Source of the DNA: a virus
Taxonomy: Duplodnaviria; Heunggongvirae; Uroviricota; Caudoviricetes
IMG/VR virus record: IMGVR_UViG_3300035547_000249
Length of the DNA stretch: 64,000 nucleotides
Reading direction: 5' to 3' (one strand)
Shown here: one piece after another, positions 1 to 8,947 of the stretch
Layout of the letters: every line of letters begins with the position of its first letter
How positions within the stretch are numbered: position 1 is the first letter of the stretch
Notes under the pieces: model-generated
What the model saw: the letters and a program-made list of their open reading frames with translations, nothing else
What the model was told of the DNA's origin: nothing
Databases searched by the model: none
Position numbers and translations under genes: made by a program

Positions 1-219
1 ATTATATTATAATCTACTTTGACATTATATTATAATCTACCTTGATTATATTATAATCTACTTTGACATTATATTATAATCTACCTTGATTATATTATAA
101 TCTACTTTGACATTATATTATAATCTACCTTGATTATATTATAATCTACTTTGACATTATATTATAATCTACTTTGACATTATATTATAATCTACCTTGA
201 TTATATTATAATCTACTTT
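1..219. repeat. Tandem direct repeats alternating a 23-bp unit (ATTATATTATAATCTACTTTGAC) and a 21-bp unit (ATTATATTATAATCTACCTTG), about 10 units
   Basis: Repeats read directly in the sequence. Each 23-bp unit contains TTGACA. The array ends just before an AAGGAG RBS and the ATG at 234. Confidence 0.9.
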
Positions 220-233
220 TAAGGAGAATAAAC

Positions 234-428
234 ATGTATTTCTTTGGTGACGACTATGAAGAGGAAGAATACTATACGTTGTTAGGTGTAAATCCCCATT
301 ATGGAGGATCATCCATAAAGGTTGAGGAACTAAAAGACCCTGAAATAACGCTCATATATAGTGATGGTATGAAAGAGACAATAGATTTAGTTCAAGAAAG
401 GAGCAAGGAAAATGTCGGAAAAGATTGA
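234..428 (+). CDS. hypothetical small acidic protein
   Basis: ORF with AAGGAG 7-8 nt upstream of the ATG; no recognisable motif. Confidence 0.4.
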   Translation: MYFFGDDYEEEEYYTLLGVNPHYGGSSIKVEELKDPEITLIYSDGMKETIDLVQERSKENVGKD

Positions 429-1155
429 TGTATCAAAACATAAAGTAATTATAGTAAACCATTCTAACGGTGTCAATGCACCTGTAGATATTGAGGGTAT
501 AATACTATATATATCTATTCTTAAAGATACCCCTACAGTTACAAGTAAACGTATAGTAACCCTTATAAACGAAGGGCAGATTGATAAAGTCATTACCTCT
601 CCATTTGTATCAAAAAGAATAAAACTTCATGTACGTTGGGGGAATGATACTAAGACAACATTTAAACCTTCTGATATTCTTATTAGAAGTAAGGTAGTAT
701 TATGTAATAATATATGGGGCAGTGATAGTGAAGACGATGACTGTCTCAAATATTCGATAGACGTCAGAGAATACCATGAACTAATGCCCTCTACTGCTTA
801 CATGGGAAATAAAATAGTATTACGTAGTTTATTCGATTACAAAGATCATATTGACAAAATAACTACCGGTTGGAGAAAAATTAATGGACCTAATGGGGAA
901 ATTAGCGAAGTCTGTTTTAGTGGAGATGTAACAATAGATACTGTAGAGGGAACAAGAAAACATAGTAAAAAATCCAGAATAGAAGAACTTTCCAATGAAT
1001 ATGGTAATTATAATGAAGTAATAGGAAGAGATTATAGTACAGTCGCATATAATACATTTTCAAGCAGTAATCCTTGTGGCGAGAGTTTTACAACCACTAT
1101 GTCTCATGAAATACCTACATATTTTTCATATACTATAGCAAACAATCAAGATTAG
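412..1155 (+). CDS. hypothetical protein (247 aa)
   Basis: Long ORF with AAGGAAA upstream; overlaps the end of the previous ORF; no motif recognised. Confidence 0.5.
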   Translation: MSEKIDVSKHKVIIVNHSNGVNAPVDIEGIILYISILKDTPTVTSKRIVTLINEGQIDKVITSPFVSKRIKLHVRWGNDTKTTFKPSDILIRSKVVLCNNIWGSDSEDDDCLKYSIDVREYHELMPSTAYMGNKIVLRSLFDYKDHIDKITTGWRKINGPNGEISEVCFSGDVTIDTVEGTRKHSKKSRIEELSNEYGNYNEVIGRDYSTVAYNTFSSSNPCGESFTTTMSHEIPTYFSYTIANNQD

Positions 1156-1427
1156 CCCTTAATAGCCCAGATTACCTAACAAAATTCCTTTTCCCGCGCA
1201 AAAAAGCCCACTTTCAGCAACAAAACACCTTAAACAGTTTATTTTTTTGATTGATTAAGCAACAAAATCACCTATATTACCCAAATATAGTATAAAACAA
1301 GTAGTATTAAGGTAAACCCCATATACCCCTCCTTTTCCCTAAATAACTAAAAAATAAGTATAAGTAGTATTAATACTGTATAATATACCAAAGTTCTTAT
1401 GGAGTTTGAACACTTATTGGAGTAATA

Positions 1428-1500
1428 GTATATTATATTATACTCTACTTTGACATTATATTATAATCTACTCTATAGTATATTATATTATACTCTACTA
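1428..1500. repeat. Partial copies of the 1-219 repeat unit (…CTACTTTGACATTATATTATAATCTAC…)
   Basis: Sequence identity to the unit of the first array. Confidence 0.7.
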
Positions 1501-1747
1501 TAGTATGAAGGTATCCGTATACGGACGGTTGTGTGCTGGAGCACTATTATATAGATACTATTTATGCTATGTGGGGTCGATGCTGGTTATGTGAGAGATT
1601 GATACTTCTTTATCATGGTTATATAATTATTACTACTATAGATTTCGAAAGAATTCGAAACAATTTCAATACGAATGAATTCGAGGTGAATTCGAGCCAC
1701 CCTTTATTGGTAAGGTTCTTGTGTTAAATAGTTAATAAATAATAAAT

Positions 1748-2215
1748 AAAGTAGTATTAATCTATACAATATCATAGTATTAATCTATACAATATCATAG
1801 TATTAATCTATACAGTATCATAGCATTAATCTATACAGTATCATAGCATTAATCTATACAGTATCATAGCATTAATCTATACAGTATCATAGCATTAATT
1901 GTATAAATAAAGTAGTATTAATCTATACAGTATCATAGCATTAATTAACACAGTATAGTAGTATTAATCTATACAGTATCGTAGTATTAATCTATACAGT
2001 ATCATAGTATTAATTGTATAAATAAAGTAGTATTAATCTATATAGTATCGCAGTATTAATCTATACAGTATCATAGTATTAATCCATACAGTATCATAGT
2101 ATTAATTGTATAAATATAGTAGTATTAATCCATACAGTATCATAGCATTAATCTATACAGTATCGTAGTATTAATCTATAAGCACCGTAGTATTAATCCC
2201 TATAGTATCATAGCA
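1748..2215. repeat. About 20 tandem copies of a 23-bp direct repeat (AGTATTAATCTATACAGTATCAT with variants); iteron-like array
   Basis: Read directly. The units are contiguous with no spacers. Punctuating variants such as AGCATTAATTGTATAAATAAAGT recur every 6-7 units. Confidence 0.9.
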
Positions 2216-2552
2216 CCAATTAAACCAATGACACAGTATCAATTAAGATAGTAGCGTATATCATTAAATCACAGAATTTGTTTGTTATGTTTGGATTGTA
2301 TAGTATATTATATTATGGGTGTTGATTATAGTATAATTGAATAGTATATTATATTATAATGTTATTATTGTTTGTTTATGGTGTTCTTGAAGGGTTTTTA
2401 TTATTGTTTGTTATATTATTGGTGTTTACATTAGAACAGTTGATATACTTGCTTCTTCAGACCTTGGGAAACGTTTATTCGCGCGGGCTGTAAAATTGTA
2501 TGTGTAGGTGTTACAGGTAGTGATAGTGGCGGTGTTGGTGAAAACCGCGTAT

Positions 2553-2591
2553 ACCAATGCTTTTGCGTGTGTTTTTTGTAAGAGCATTGGT
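2553..2591 (+). other. Stem-loop with a 9-bp perfect stem (ACCAATGCT/AGCATTGGT) and a 21-nt loop, inside a G/T-rich non-coding stretch
   Basis: Inverted repeat read directly; it sits in the 2240-2660 non-coding region upstream of the first gene of the array. Confidence 0.4.
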
Positions 2592-2675
2592 ATAAGCTGT
2601 TTTCTCTAAAATGGGTATAGTAGTATAGTAATTAAATAGTATTAAATAGCATTAAATACAAGGAGTTTTGATAAA

Positions 2676-3035
2676 ATGAGTAGTATGTATTCAATTAGAG
2701 AAATAAAAGAAAGTGCTATGGCTTATGCTAATGAGGATATAGATATTAAGGATACTTATATATATAATAGAAAAGTTTCTGTTTATAATTTTAAGCTTTT
2801 TTTGGATTCTTATATAATGACTAAAAGAAAACATGGGGCACATATCTTTCTCAGTGAAATTGGTTTAATGGTTGGAAAGACTTCTAATGCCGGCGAATTG
2901 ATTGATCATGCCATTTCATTTATATCACAAAGGATTAGTTGTGGAATGCCTTCGGTTGGAAACTATGATGATATAATAAAATGGTATCATGCATCTAAAG
3001 ATAGTACTGACAATAATATTAATAGTATATGGTGA
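2676..3035 (+). CDS. NS[IV]W-tail family, subfamily A (119 aa), ends …NNINSIW
   Basis: RBS AAGGAG. Shares an N-terminal S(I/P)REI(K/M)ESA(M/I)(A/S)YA…D(T/A)(Y/F)IYN…YDIG(I/V)LL(S/G)Y core with neighbouring genes. C-terminal N-S-I-W followed by TGA. Confidence 0.6.
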   Translation: MSSMYSIREIKESAMAYANEDIDIKDTYIYNRKVSVYNFKLFLDSYIMTKRKHGAHIFLSEIGLMVGKTSNAGELIDHAISFISQRISCGMPSVGNYDDIIKWYHASKDSTDNNINSIW

Positions 3036-3039
3036 TAAT

Positions 3040-3411
3040 ATGAGTTATCCAATTAGAGAAATAATGGAAAGTGCTATATCTTATGCTCATAGAGATATTA
3101 GAATAAGAGACACTTTTATATATAATAATGCTGTTACTTTTGCTAATCTTAAGATCTTTATTGATAATTATATAAGGGTTAGGAATGAAATAAGTAATAA
3201 GAAAGCTGAATTTTATGATATTGGTATTTTGCTAGGATATATTAGTAATGGTGAATTTATGCTTGGATCTGTTGTTTCATACTTATTAAAGAAACGTTCG
3301 AATGGGCTTATAATAAACGGAGAGCCAGAAGATACAAAAAAGGGTTTCTGTTTCTTGCGCAAGCTTACTTCTTCTTCAAGAAACCGTACAAAATTAAAAA
3401 GTATATGGTGA
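3040..3411 (+). CDS. NS[IV]W-tail family, subfamily A paralogue, ends …KLKSIW
   Basis: Start chosen at ATG 3040 (MSYPIREIMESAISYAH…), which parallels the previous gene's N-terminus. The tracked ORF from 2989 is the same frame extended upstream. Confidence 0.6.
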   Translation: MSYPIREIMESAISYAHRDIRIRDTFIYNNAVTFANLKIFIDNYIRVRNEISNKKAEFYDIGILLGYISNGEFMLGSVVSYLLKKRSNGLIINGEPEDTKKGFCFLRKLTSSSRNRTKLKSIW

Positions 3412-3415
3412 TAAT

Positions 3416-3820
3416 ATGGGAACATATAGCGGTATTATAGAAAGCAGTTGGTCAGGCATAAGAGGTTTTAAGGATGGCAAAAGATATGGCAGCAGACTTG
3501 TCCATATCGGTGAGACTTTTATATATAAAAAAGAAGTAACCAGACATGAGTTTAGAAGTTTCATGAATGGTTATGTTAATGCAAGATATAGAAATGAAGA
3601 TAACCGAGCCTCGTTTAATGATATAGGTGTTCTATTATCATATACTACTAATGGAAAAGCCTTGATTGAAGACATCATAATTTATGCAAAAATTTCATTT
3701 TGGATGAATGAAAAAGTGAGTGGTAATTATGGTGATATCAGGGCTGGCTTTAATATGGCGTCTAATAATATTAAAGAATATAAGGCTGAAGAAATAAACA
3801 AATTTAATAGTATATGGTGA
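3416..3820 (+). CDS. NS[IV]W-tail family, subfamily A paralogue, ends …KFNSIW
   Basis: Conserved F(I/L)Y…F…Y…(F/Y)(N/Y)DIGVLLSYTTNG core and C-terminal NSIW. Confidence 0.6.
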   Translation: MGTYSGIIESSWSGIRGFKDGKRYGSRLVHIGETFIYKKEVTRHEFRSFMNGYVNARYRNEDNRASFNDIGVLLSYTTNGKALIEDIIIYAKISFWMNEKVSGNYGDIRAGFNMASNNIKEYKAEEINKFNSIW

Positions 3821-3824
3821 TATT

Positions 3825-4211
3825 ATGAATTGCATATGGACAACAGGTAAGGCAGCTAACAATGGAAGAAATTATGCTTTAGGCAAGATTAGCTTAAAAG
3901 AAACCTATTTATTTAATAATACTGTCTCCACTAATTGTACTAGAATATTTATCAATAACTATGTATTTTACAGCAGCCACAAGAAAAAAGTATCATATTA
4001 TGATATAGGAATTCTTATTTCATATACCAAGAACAATCTAGAATTTGTTAACAGTGTTTATGTATATTTGAATAATAAATATACTAGAACTCCTAATCCT
4101 GTTATTCGTGATATGTTGATTGGTAAACTTGATGACTTCATAGATGGGTATAACAACAGCATTCAACATGGTTGTGGTTATAATACACCAGAAAGGGTGA
4201 ATAGTATATGA
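3825..4211 (+). CDS. NS[IV]W-tail family, subfamily A variant ending …RVNSI-stop (terminal Trp lost)
   Basis: Same core (YYDIGILISYTKNN) but the 3' end reads AATAGTATATGATAA instead of AATAGTATATGGTGA. It could equally be annotated as a decaying copy. Confidence 0.45.
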   Translation: MNCIWTTGKAANNGRNYALGKISLKETYLFNNTVSTNCTRIFINNYVFYSSHKKKVSYYDIGILISYTKNNLEFVNSVYVYLNNKYTRTPNPVIRDMLIGKLDDFIDGYNNSIQHGCGYNTPERVNSI

Positions 4212-4430
4212 TAAATTCAATGACGTCAGAGAAATGGTTTTGGATAATGGACTATTGTAAAAGAAAACATATTTCGCCCGCGAGAGAATGGGCATGGAGA
4301 GAAGCTGAAGAAGAATATGACAAAATAGTTAGAAAGAAAACTAATAAAAATAACAATATGAAAAGTGTGTGGTAAATACAAATGTTTTTATTTAATAGAC
4401 AATAAACACCAAAGAAAGGAAAAGAAAAAA

Positions 4431-4712
4431 ATGATTAAATGGGGGTTATACACAATAATTGTAGTATATAACATACTAGATGTGTGGCAGACTCACTTAT
4501 TGTTGATGTTAGGAGCAAAAGAATTAAACCCAATATTCAATTTCTTGGGTCAATATTTTGGTATTATTCCGTCTATTATATATGTTAAGGTAATTTTGTT
4601 AGGGTTTTTAGGTGTATTGCTCTACAACTATAAGACAGTAAAATATATCAAAGAGATCGATAAAGATATAATGTCAATGAAAAAAGACTTATTTGAAATG
4701 GAAAAACTATAA
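4431..4712 (+). CDS. small integral membrane protein (about 3 TM segments)
   Basis: Hydrophobic segments; start taken at ATG 4431 after AAGGAAAAG. Confidence 0.5.
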   Translation: MIKWGLYTIIVVYNILDVWQTHLLLMLGAKELNPIFNFLGQYFGIIPSIIYVKVILLGFLGVLLYNYKTVKYIKEIDKDIMSMKKDLFEMEKL

Positions 4713-4730
4713 AAAGATTAGGAGGTATAT

Positions 4731-5198
4731 ATGGGCTTTATTATAATATTAATAATTATTAGTGCAGTTGCTGGAATTATAACTGGACTTTATGATGAGA
4801 AAAAAGAAGATCCGTTTTGGAATGGGTTTGTTTGTTCTGGAGGGGCATGTATGGCGGTAAGTGTATTTATATGTCTTTTTATATTCACTATATCATATTT
4901 TAATTATGTAGGATTGATGCAGTGGAAAACAGAGATCGAAAGTGTTCAAAATCAGGCATTAAGCGTATATATTTCATATGCAAACACTCCTCTGGGTGCA
5001 GAAGGTAAAATTGTATCAGATCTTAATGATAAGAAATATGAAAATTTCCAAAACAACCTGTTCTCAATGATAAAAGATTTAAAGAACACTATAACAAAGT
5101 ATAATGATAGACTTATCTCCAAACGTGTTTACAAGAATACCTGGTTTTGGGGGGCTTTAATTGTATTGCCTGAAGATCCTGGTATTTATGAACTTTAA
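4731..5198 (+). CDS. membrane protein with two N-terminal TM segments
   Basis: RBS AGGAGG; hydrophobic N-terminus. Confidence 0.5.
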   Translation: MGFIIILIIISAVAGIITGLYDEKKEDPFWNGFVCSGGACMAVSVFICLFIFTISYFNYVGLMQWKTEIESVQNQALSVYISYANTPLGAEGKIVSDLNDKKYENFQNNLFSMIKDLKNTITKYNDRLISKRVYKNTWFWGALIVLPEDPGIYEL

Positions 5199-5351
5199 TA
5201 ATTATAAGTAAAAAGAATATTATGATATTGTTTATACTTATAATTTTAAACATAGTTGCATTTATTGCAGCGGCTGATGTACTATTTGCTATTGCATATT
5301 TAGGTTGGTTTCAATTTATAGGAATAAAAAAAATTATAAAGGAGTATTACC

Positions 5352-5810
5352 ATGAAAAAGTTATCAAGTATTAACCACAGCTTAATTTTGTCTTTAATCG
5401 TTGCCCTCATCGCATTCAGTGTAATTTGTTCCACTGCATGGGCTGAGACAATTGGAGAATCAAAATCATCAGGTCTTTTGCTTAAGGATACAATAAGTGT
5501 AAATGCTTTCGATGATCCTGATTATTCAAGTATAGTATGTTATACAACAAATGTTGAAATTGGGGGACCCAACCTTGAAAATCCCTCTAATTCGTCAATT
5601 TCATGCAGGATGATTGATCATTTTAAGGGAACTCCAAAATCAAGGAATGATGTGTTCTCTAAGGCAAAGAGTCCGTTCTTTAAGAAGTTAACAGTGGATA
5701 GGTTTTATGATAAGAAACGCAATGTTCTGGTATACCTGTCCTATACAAAAAAGATGTCAGGGAGTAACGCGTCACATTCAGTGAGTGTGGTTCCTCTAGG
5801 GATAAAATAA
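5352..5810 (+). CDS. secreted protein with an N-terminal signal peptide (…TAWA/ET)
   Basis: RBS AAGGAG; N-terminal basic-hydrophobic segment with an AxA-like cleavage motif. Confidence 0.5.
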   Translation: MKKLSSINHSLILSLIVALIAFSVICSTAWAETIGESKSSGLLLKDTISVNAFDDPDYSSIVCYTTNVEIGGPNLENPSNSSISCRMIDHFKGTPKSRNDVFSKAKSPFFKKLTVDRFYDKKRNVLVYLSYTKKMSGSNASHSVSVVPLGIK

Positions 5811-5826
5811 TAGGAGAAAATAGACA

Positions 5827-6156
5827 ATGATACAGTTTTTATTTGCAACATTAGGTGCGTGGGTAATTTGGGTAATATATATCGTTATCAATACCCTGGC
5901 ATGGGCAATTTGTATGGAACACTGGGATGATATGATTTCTAACCTCGCAGATGAGGAAGAAATTGATGTCGGTGAATTTATTTTCGCGGCGGGCTCTTGG
6001 TTATTCTTTCCGATTATACTGGTAGTGATATTGTTTTGCAAAATATCGGTATTTATTATAAACCAAATCGTTGAGCCAGGTTTCAAAAAGTTCCTTAAGG
6101 CATTGCTGAAAATTATCCCAAAGTTTGAATTCAAAGTTAAATTTAAAGGAGATTAA
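5827..6156 (+). CDS. small membrane protein
   Basis: Three hydrophobic segments. Confidence 0.45.
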   Translation: MIQFLFATLGAWVIWVIYIVINTLAWAICMEHWDDMISNLADEEEIDVGEFIFAAGSWLFFPIILVVILFCKISVFIINQIVEPGFKKFLKALLKIIPKFEFKVKFKGD

Positions 6157-6322
6157 TACGGATTTTGAATCTGAGGTCACCAAAATTGTTGAAGAATACG
6201 GAGCACCTGAAGATATCACAAACGAAATAGTTGAATTTCTTATTAATAGTGGGAACATATATACTATTATAGAAATCGCAAAAGAAATGGATATCTAAGT
6301 AAAATTAAAAAGGAGTATTACC

Positions 6323-7039
6323 ATGAAGATAGGAATTACAGAGCGTGGAGATGCAGCATTGGATATGTCGTGGGTCAATAAGATGGATACTGTTGATGGG
6401 GCGATATTGATTACGAAAGCGGTGTCATCCAAAGAGTTTCAGAATGCTGTAAAAGAATTCAAAGACAAGGTTATTATCCATGCTACTATTACTGGTTATG
6501 GCGGTACTCCTATTGAACCAAATGTTCCAAGTCACGAAGAAACGATGGATAGTTTGTATGAACTAGAATCTTTTATGCCTGAGGGGCATGTTGTTCTTCG
6601 TATTGATCCTGTTATACCAAACGATGCTGGTAGAACTTGGATACCTTATTTGATAAACAAGTTGCCTACCTCAATCAAAAGAGTAAGATTTAGCATAATT
6701 GACAATTATAAACATCTTTCTGCGCGGGGGCTGGAATTGCCTTGGAAGACGTTCCATGCCCCACCTCAATTAATATCTAATGTTGTCAATGACTTTATGA
6801 AATTTTCACATACACATAGTATAGAATGCTGTGGTGAAGATCACCCATTAATACCAATGGTGTGGAAAAAAGGATGTATATCAGATTGGGATTTGATACT
6901 TCTTGGATTAGATTTCATGCAAGTTCCAAAAGTCACATCAAATCAACGTAAATCGTGCAGATGTTTGTCTGTAAAAACAGAATTATTAACCAGAAGAAAA
7001 CAATGCCGCCATGGCTGTTTATATTGTTATTGGAGATAA
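6323..7039 (+). CDS. Cys-rich putative Fe-S protein (DUF1848-like C-terminal CxC…CxxGCxYCY cluster)
   Basis: RBS AAGGAG; C-terminus …CRCLSV…CRHGCLYCYWR. The family assignment is from memory only. Confidence 0.35.
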   Translation: MKIGITERGDAALDMSWVNKMDTVDGAILITKAVSSKEFQNAVKEFKDKVIIHATITGYGGTPIEPNVPSHEETMDSLYELESFMPEGHVVLRIDPVIPNDAGRTWIPYLINKLPTSIKRVRFSIIDNYKHLSARGLELPWKTFHAPPQLISNVVNDFMKFSHTHSIECCGEDHPLIPMVWKKGCISDWDLILLGLDFMQVPKVTSNQRKSCRCLSVKTELLTRRKQCRHGCLYCYWR

Positions 7040-7045
7040 TAAACT

Positions 7046-7501
7046 ATGGACACTAAAACTAATAAAAAATACAGACCGTCAACCATTGTAAACAGTAAAG
7101 AGTATATATCACTAGACTTAGATACCTTAAGGCATGTTGATAACGGAGGTATGTTTGCTATAGGTTTAATTAATATAGAAGGAACTATTATATATCGAAA
7201 AGATATGGACAGCTATAAAGCTGCTTATTTTATTATTGGGTATATAAACACATCAGCACACTACTGTATCAATCTAAATGATGAAGAGGAACTTCCGGGT
7301 CTTTATGAGGTTGGAACTATTCTATCTTATACTGCAAACTGCGACGATATTATGACAGAAGTAGCAAATACCTTAATAAACTATTATAGCAATCCATCAA
7401 GGCATAATTTGTTAGGAACAATGATTGATTTTCATAAAGGTGTCATAGATGGTAGCAATAAACATTTTAACAAAGAAATCGAACTAAACAGTATATGGTA
7501 A
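7046..7501 (+). CDS. NS[IV]W-tail family, subfamily A paralogue, ends …LNSIW
   Basis: Core …YRKDMDSYKAAYFIIGYINT…VGTILSYTANCDD…; C-terminal NSIW then TAA. Confidence 0.6.
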   Translation: MDTKTNKKYRPSTIVNSKEYISLDLDTLRHVDNGGMFAIGLINIEGTIIYRKDMDSYKAAYFIIGYINTSAHYCINLNDEEELPGLYEVGTILSYTANCDDIMTEVANTLINYYSNPSRHNLLGTMIDFHKGVIDGSNKHFNKEIELNSIW

Positions 7502-7520
7502 TAATTGGGAGAATAGGAGT

Positions 7521-7904
7521 ATGGGTAATATTACTAAATCAAAAATGTCAATGGTTACTACAAGCATGCTTGGGGACCTTGGGGCATATTTATATTACAA
7601 CAAAAGATTTCCTGGTGATACATCCAACGATATACAAAGAAAATGTTTTTGTTTAGATGATTTTATTAAATTACTTAATGGTTACATATTATGTAAAAAC
7701 ACAGACAGTAATTATACCAATAGTATAAGTTATATTGAGATTGGAGAGGTATTATCACATATAAAAAACGGAGAAGACTTAATTAACAGACTAGAAGGTT
7801 ATTTTATGGTAATTGGTGAGGTGCTAGCTATAAAAGGTTCTATTGATGATATTACTGTAGGATTTAATAATAAAAAACAAGACAGTATAAACAGTATATG
7901 GTGA
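7521..7904 (+). CDS. NS[IV]W-tail family, subfamily A paralogue, ends …INSIW
   Basis: RBS GGAG; core …IEIGEVLSHIKNGED…; the stop TGA lies in the conserved 3' context. Confidence 0.6.
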   Translation: MGNITKSKMSMVTTSMLGDLGAYLYYNKRFPGDTSNDIQRKCFCLDDFIKLLNGYILCKNTDSNYTNSISYIEIGEVLSHIKNGEDLINRLEGYFMVIGEVLAIKGSIDDITVGFNNKKQDSINSIW

Positions 7905-7909
7905 ACAAT

Positions 7910-8299
7910 ATGAAAGAAAAAACCAACACAAAACGTAGTTTGTGCCGCCGCACAATCGGCAAAAGTTCTTTTGATGAAGGTATGGATCTGTATAAAAAGT
8001 ATTTATATAATCAACCAGTCAAAAGACAAGAAGAACCAATACCATTTACAGAACTTTTATCTATAATTAATGGATTTAGAATCGCCAAAATATCAAATCT
8101 AAGGATGTCTGGACATGATGGCCCAGAATTGAAAACTCTGTGCGCTATAAATTACGAAGAAATAAAATTTATGATAAACATATTTCCGAACAGAGATGCT
8201 TTGTTTATTGAATTGGTTAAAAAAAGTGTTATCGATGTTAATGATGAATTAGAAATAATAGATAAACAAACACAACCCCCAATTAACAGTGTATGGTGA
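7910..8299 (+). CDS. NS[IV]W-tail protein (divergent body), ends …INSVW
   Basis: Start taken at ATG 7910 in the recurrent TGA-ACAATATG junction; C-terminal N-S-V-W. Confidence 0.55.
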   Translation: MKEKTNTKRSLCRRTIGKSSFDEGMDLYKKYLYNQPVKRQEEPIPFTELLSIINGFRIAKISNLRMSGHDGPELKTLCAINYEEIKFMINIFPNRDALFIELVKKSVIDVNDELEIIDKQTQPPINSVW

Positions 8300-8425
8300 A
8301 TAATATGGATAATATAAAAATAACTGTTCTATTATTAGCAATACCTATTGTCGGTGGGCTATTGGTTATCAAATATGTAATACCAATAGTAAACAGACTA
8401 TTTTTGCTGTTGTAAGGAATGTAAT

Positions 8426-8791
8426 ATGAGTATTGCTTCATACGTATTAAAAGGATGGGAATATCACAAAGGAATAGCTTCTGTTGAAAACTTAAACATT
8501 ACCAACAAAGAATTGAATGACCTTGAAATAGAAAGCTTTCTAACAGGTTATTTTGACAACGAAGATATAATTCCTGTTAAAACCAACAAACTACGTGAAT
8601 CAGTAAGAAACCTTTCTCCTGTAGTAGATGTTGTTGGAAACAAATTAACATTTATTAGTATGACACTAAAATTCATTATAACGAAAATAGTAAAAGGAAA
8701 ACTAACTTACGCAGAATATATGGAGCTGTATGAAATAATGAACAAAAGATATGAGGAGATAAACGATGGGACATTCAACAGTATATGGTAG
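8426..8791 (+). CDS. NS[IV]W-tail protein, ends …FNSIW (TAG stop)
   Basis: C-terminal NSIW; the body is divergent. Confidence 0.55.
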   Translation: MSIASYVLKGWEYHKGIASVENLNITNKELNDLEIESFLTGYFDNEDIIPVKTNKLRESVRNLSPVVDVVGNKLTFISMTLKFIITKIVKGKLTYAEYMELYEIMNKRYEEINDGTFNSIW

Positions 8792-8947
8792 TAACATATT
8801 TGTCAATTTTTGTCATATATATGCTGTATTTCTAATTGTAGTAATGATGATCAGAAATATTGTTGCTATATATCATGTAGTATATGAAAAAGTTCCTGAT
8901 TCAGAAGCATGTGTTGGTATATATGGAAGGGACTGTATAGGAATAAT

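Noticed and set aside
1-219. Reading the TTGACA/TATAAT-containing repeats as a stack of sigma-70 promoters
   Set aside because: The spacing between the -35-like and -10-like hexamers is 6 nt within a unit and 29 nt across units. Neither is compatible with the 16-18-nt spacer of canonical promoters.
1533-1727. 64-aa ORF inside the repeat-rich non-coding region
   Set aside because: It has no RBS, lies within the GAATTCGA motif cluster, and is flanked by repeat arrays. It is most likely non-coding.
1748-2215. CRISPR array interpretation of the 23-bp repeats
   Set aside because: The repeat units are directly contiguous with no intervening unique spacers, and there are no cas genes. This is an iteron-type tandem repeat, not CRISPR.
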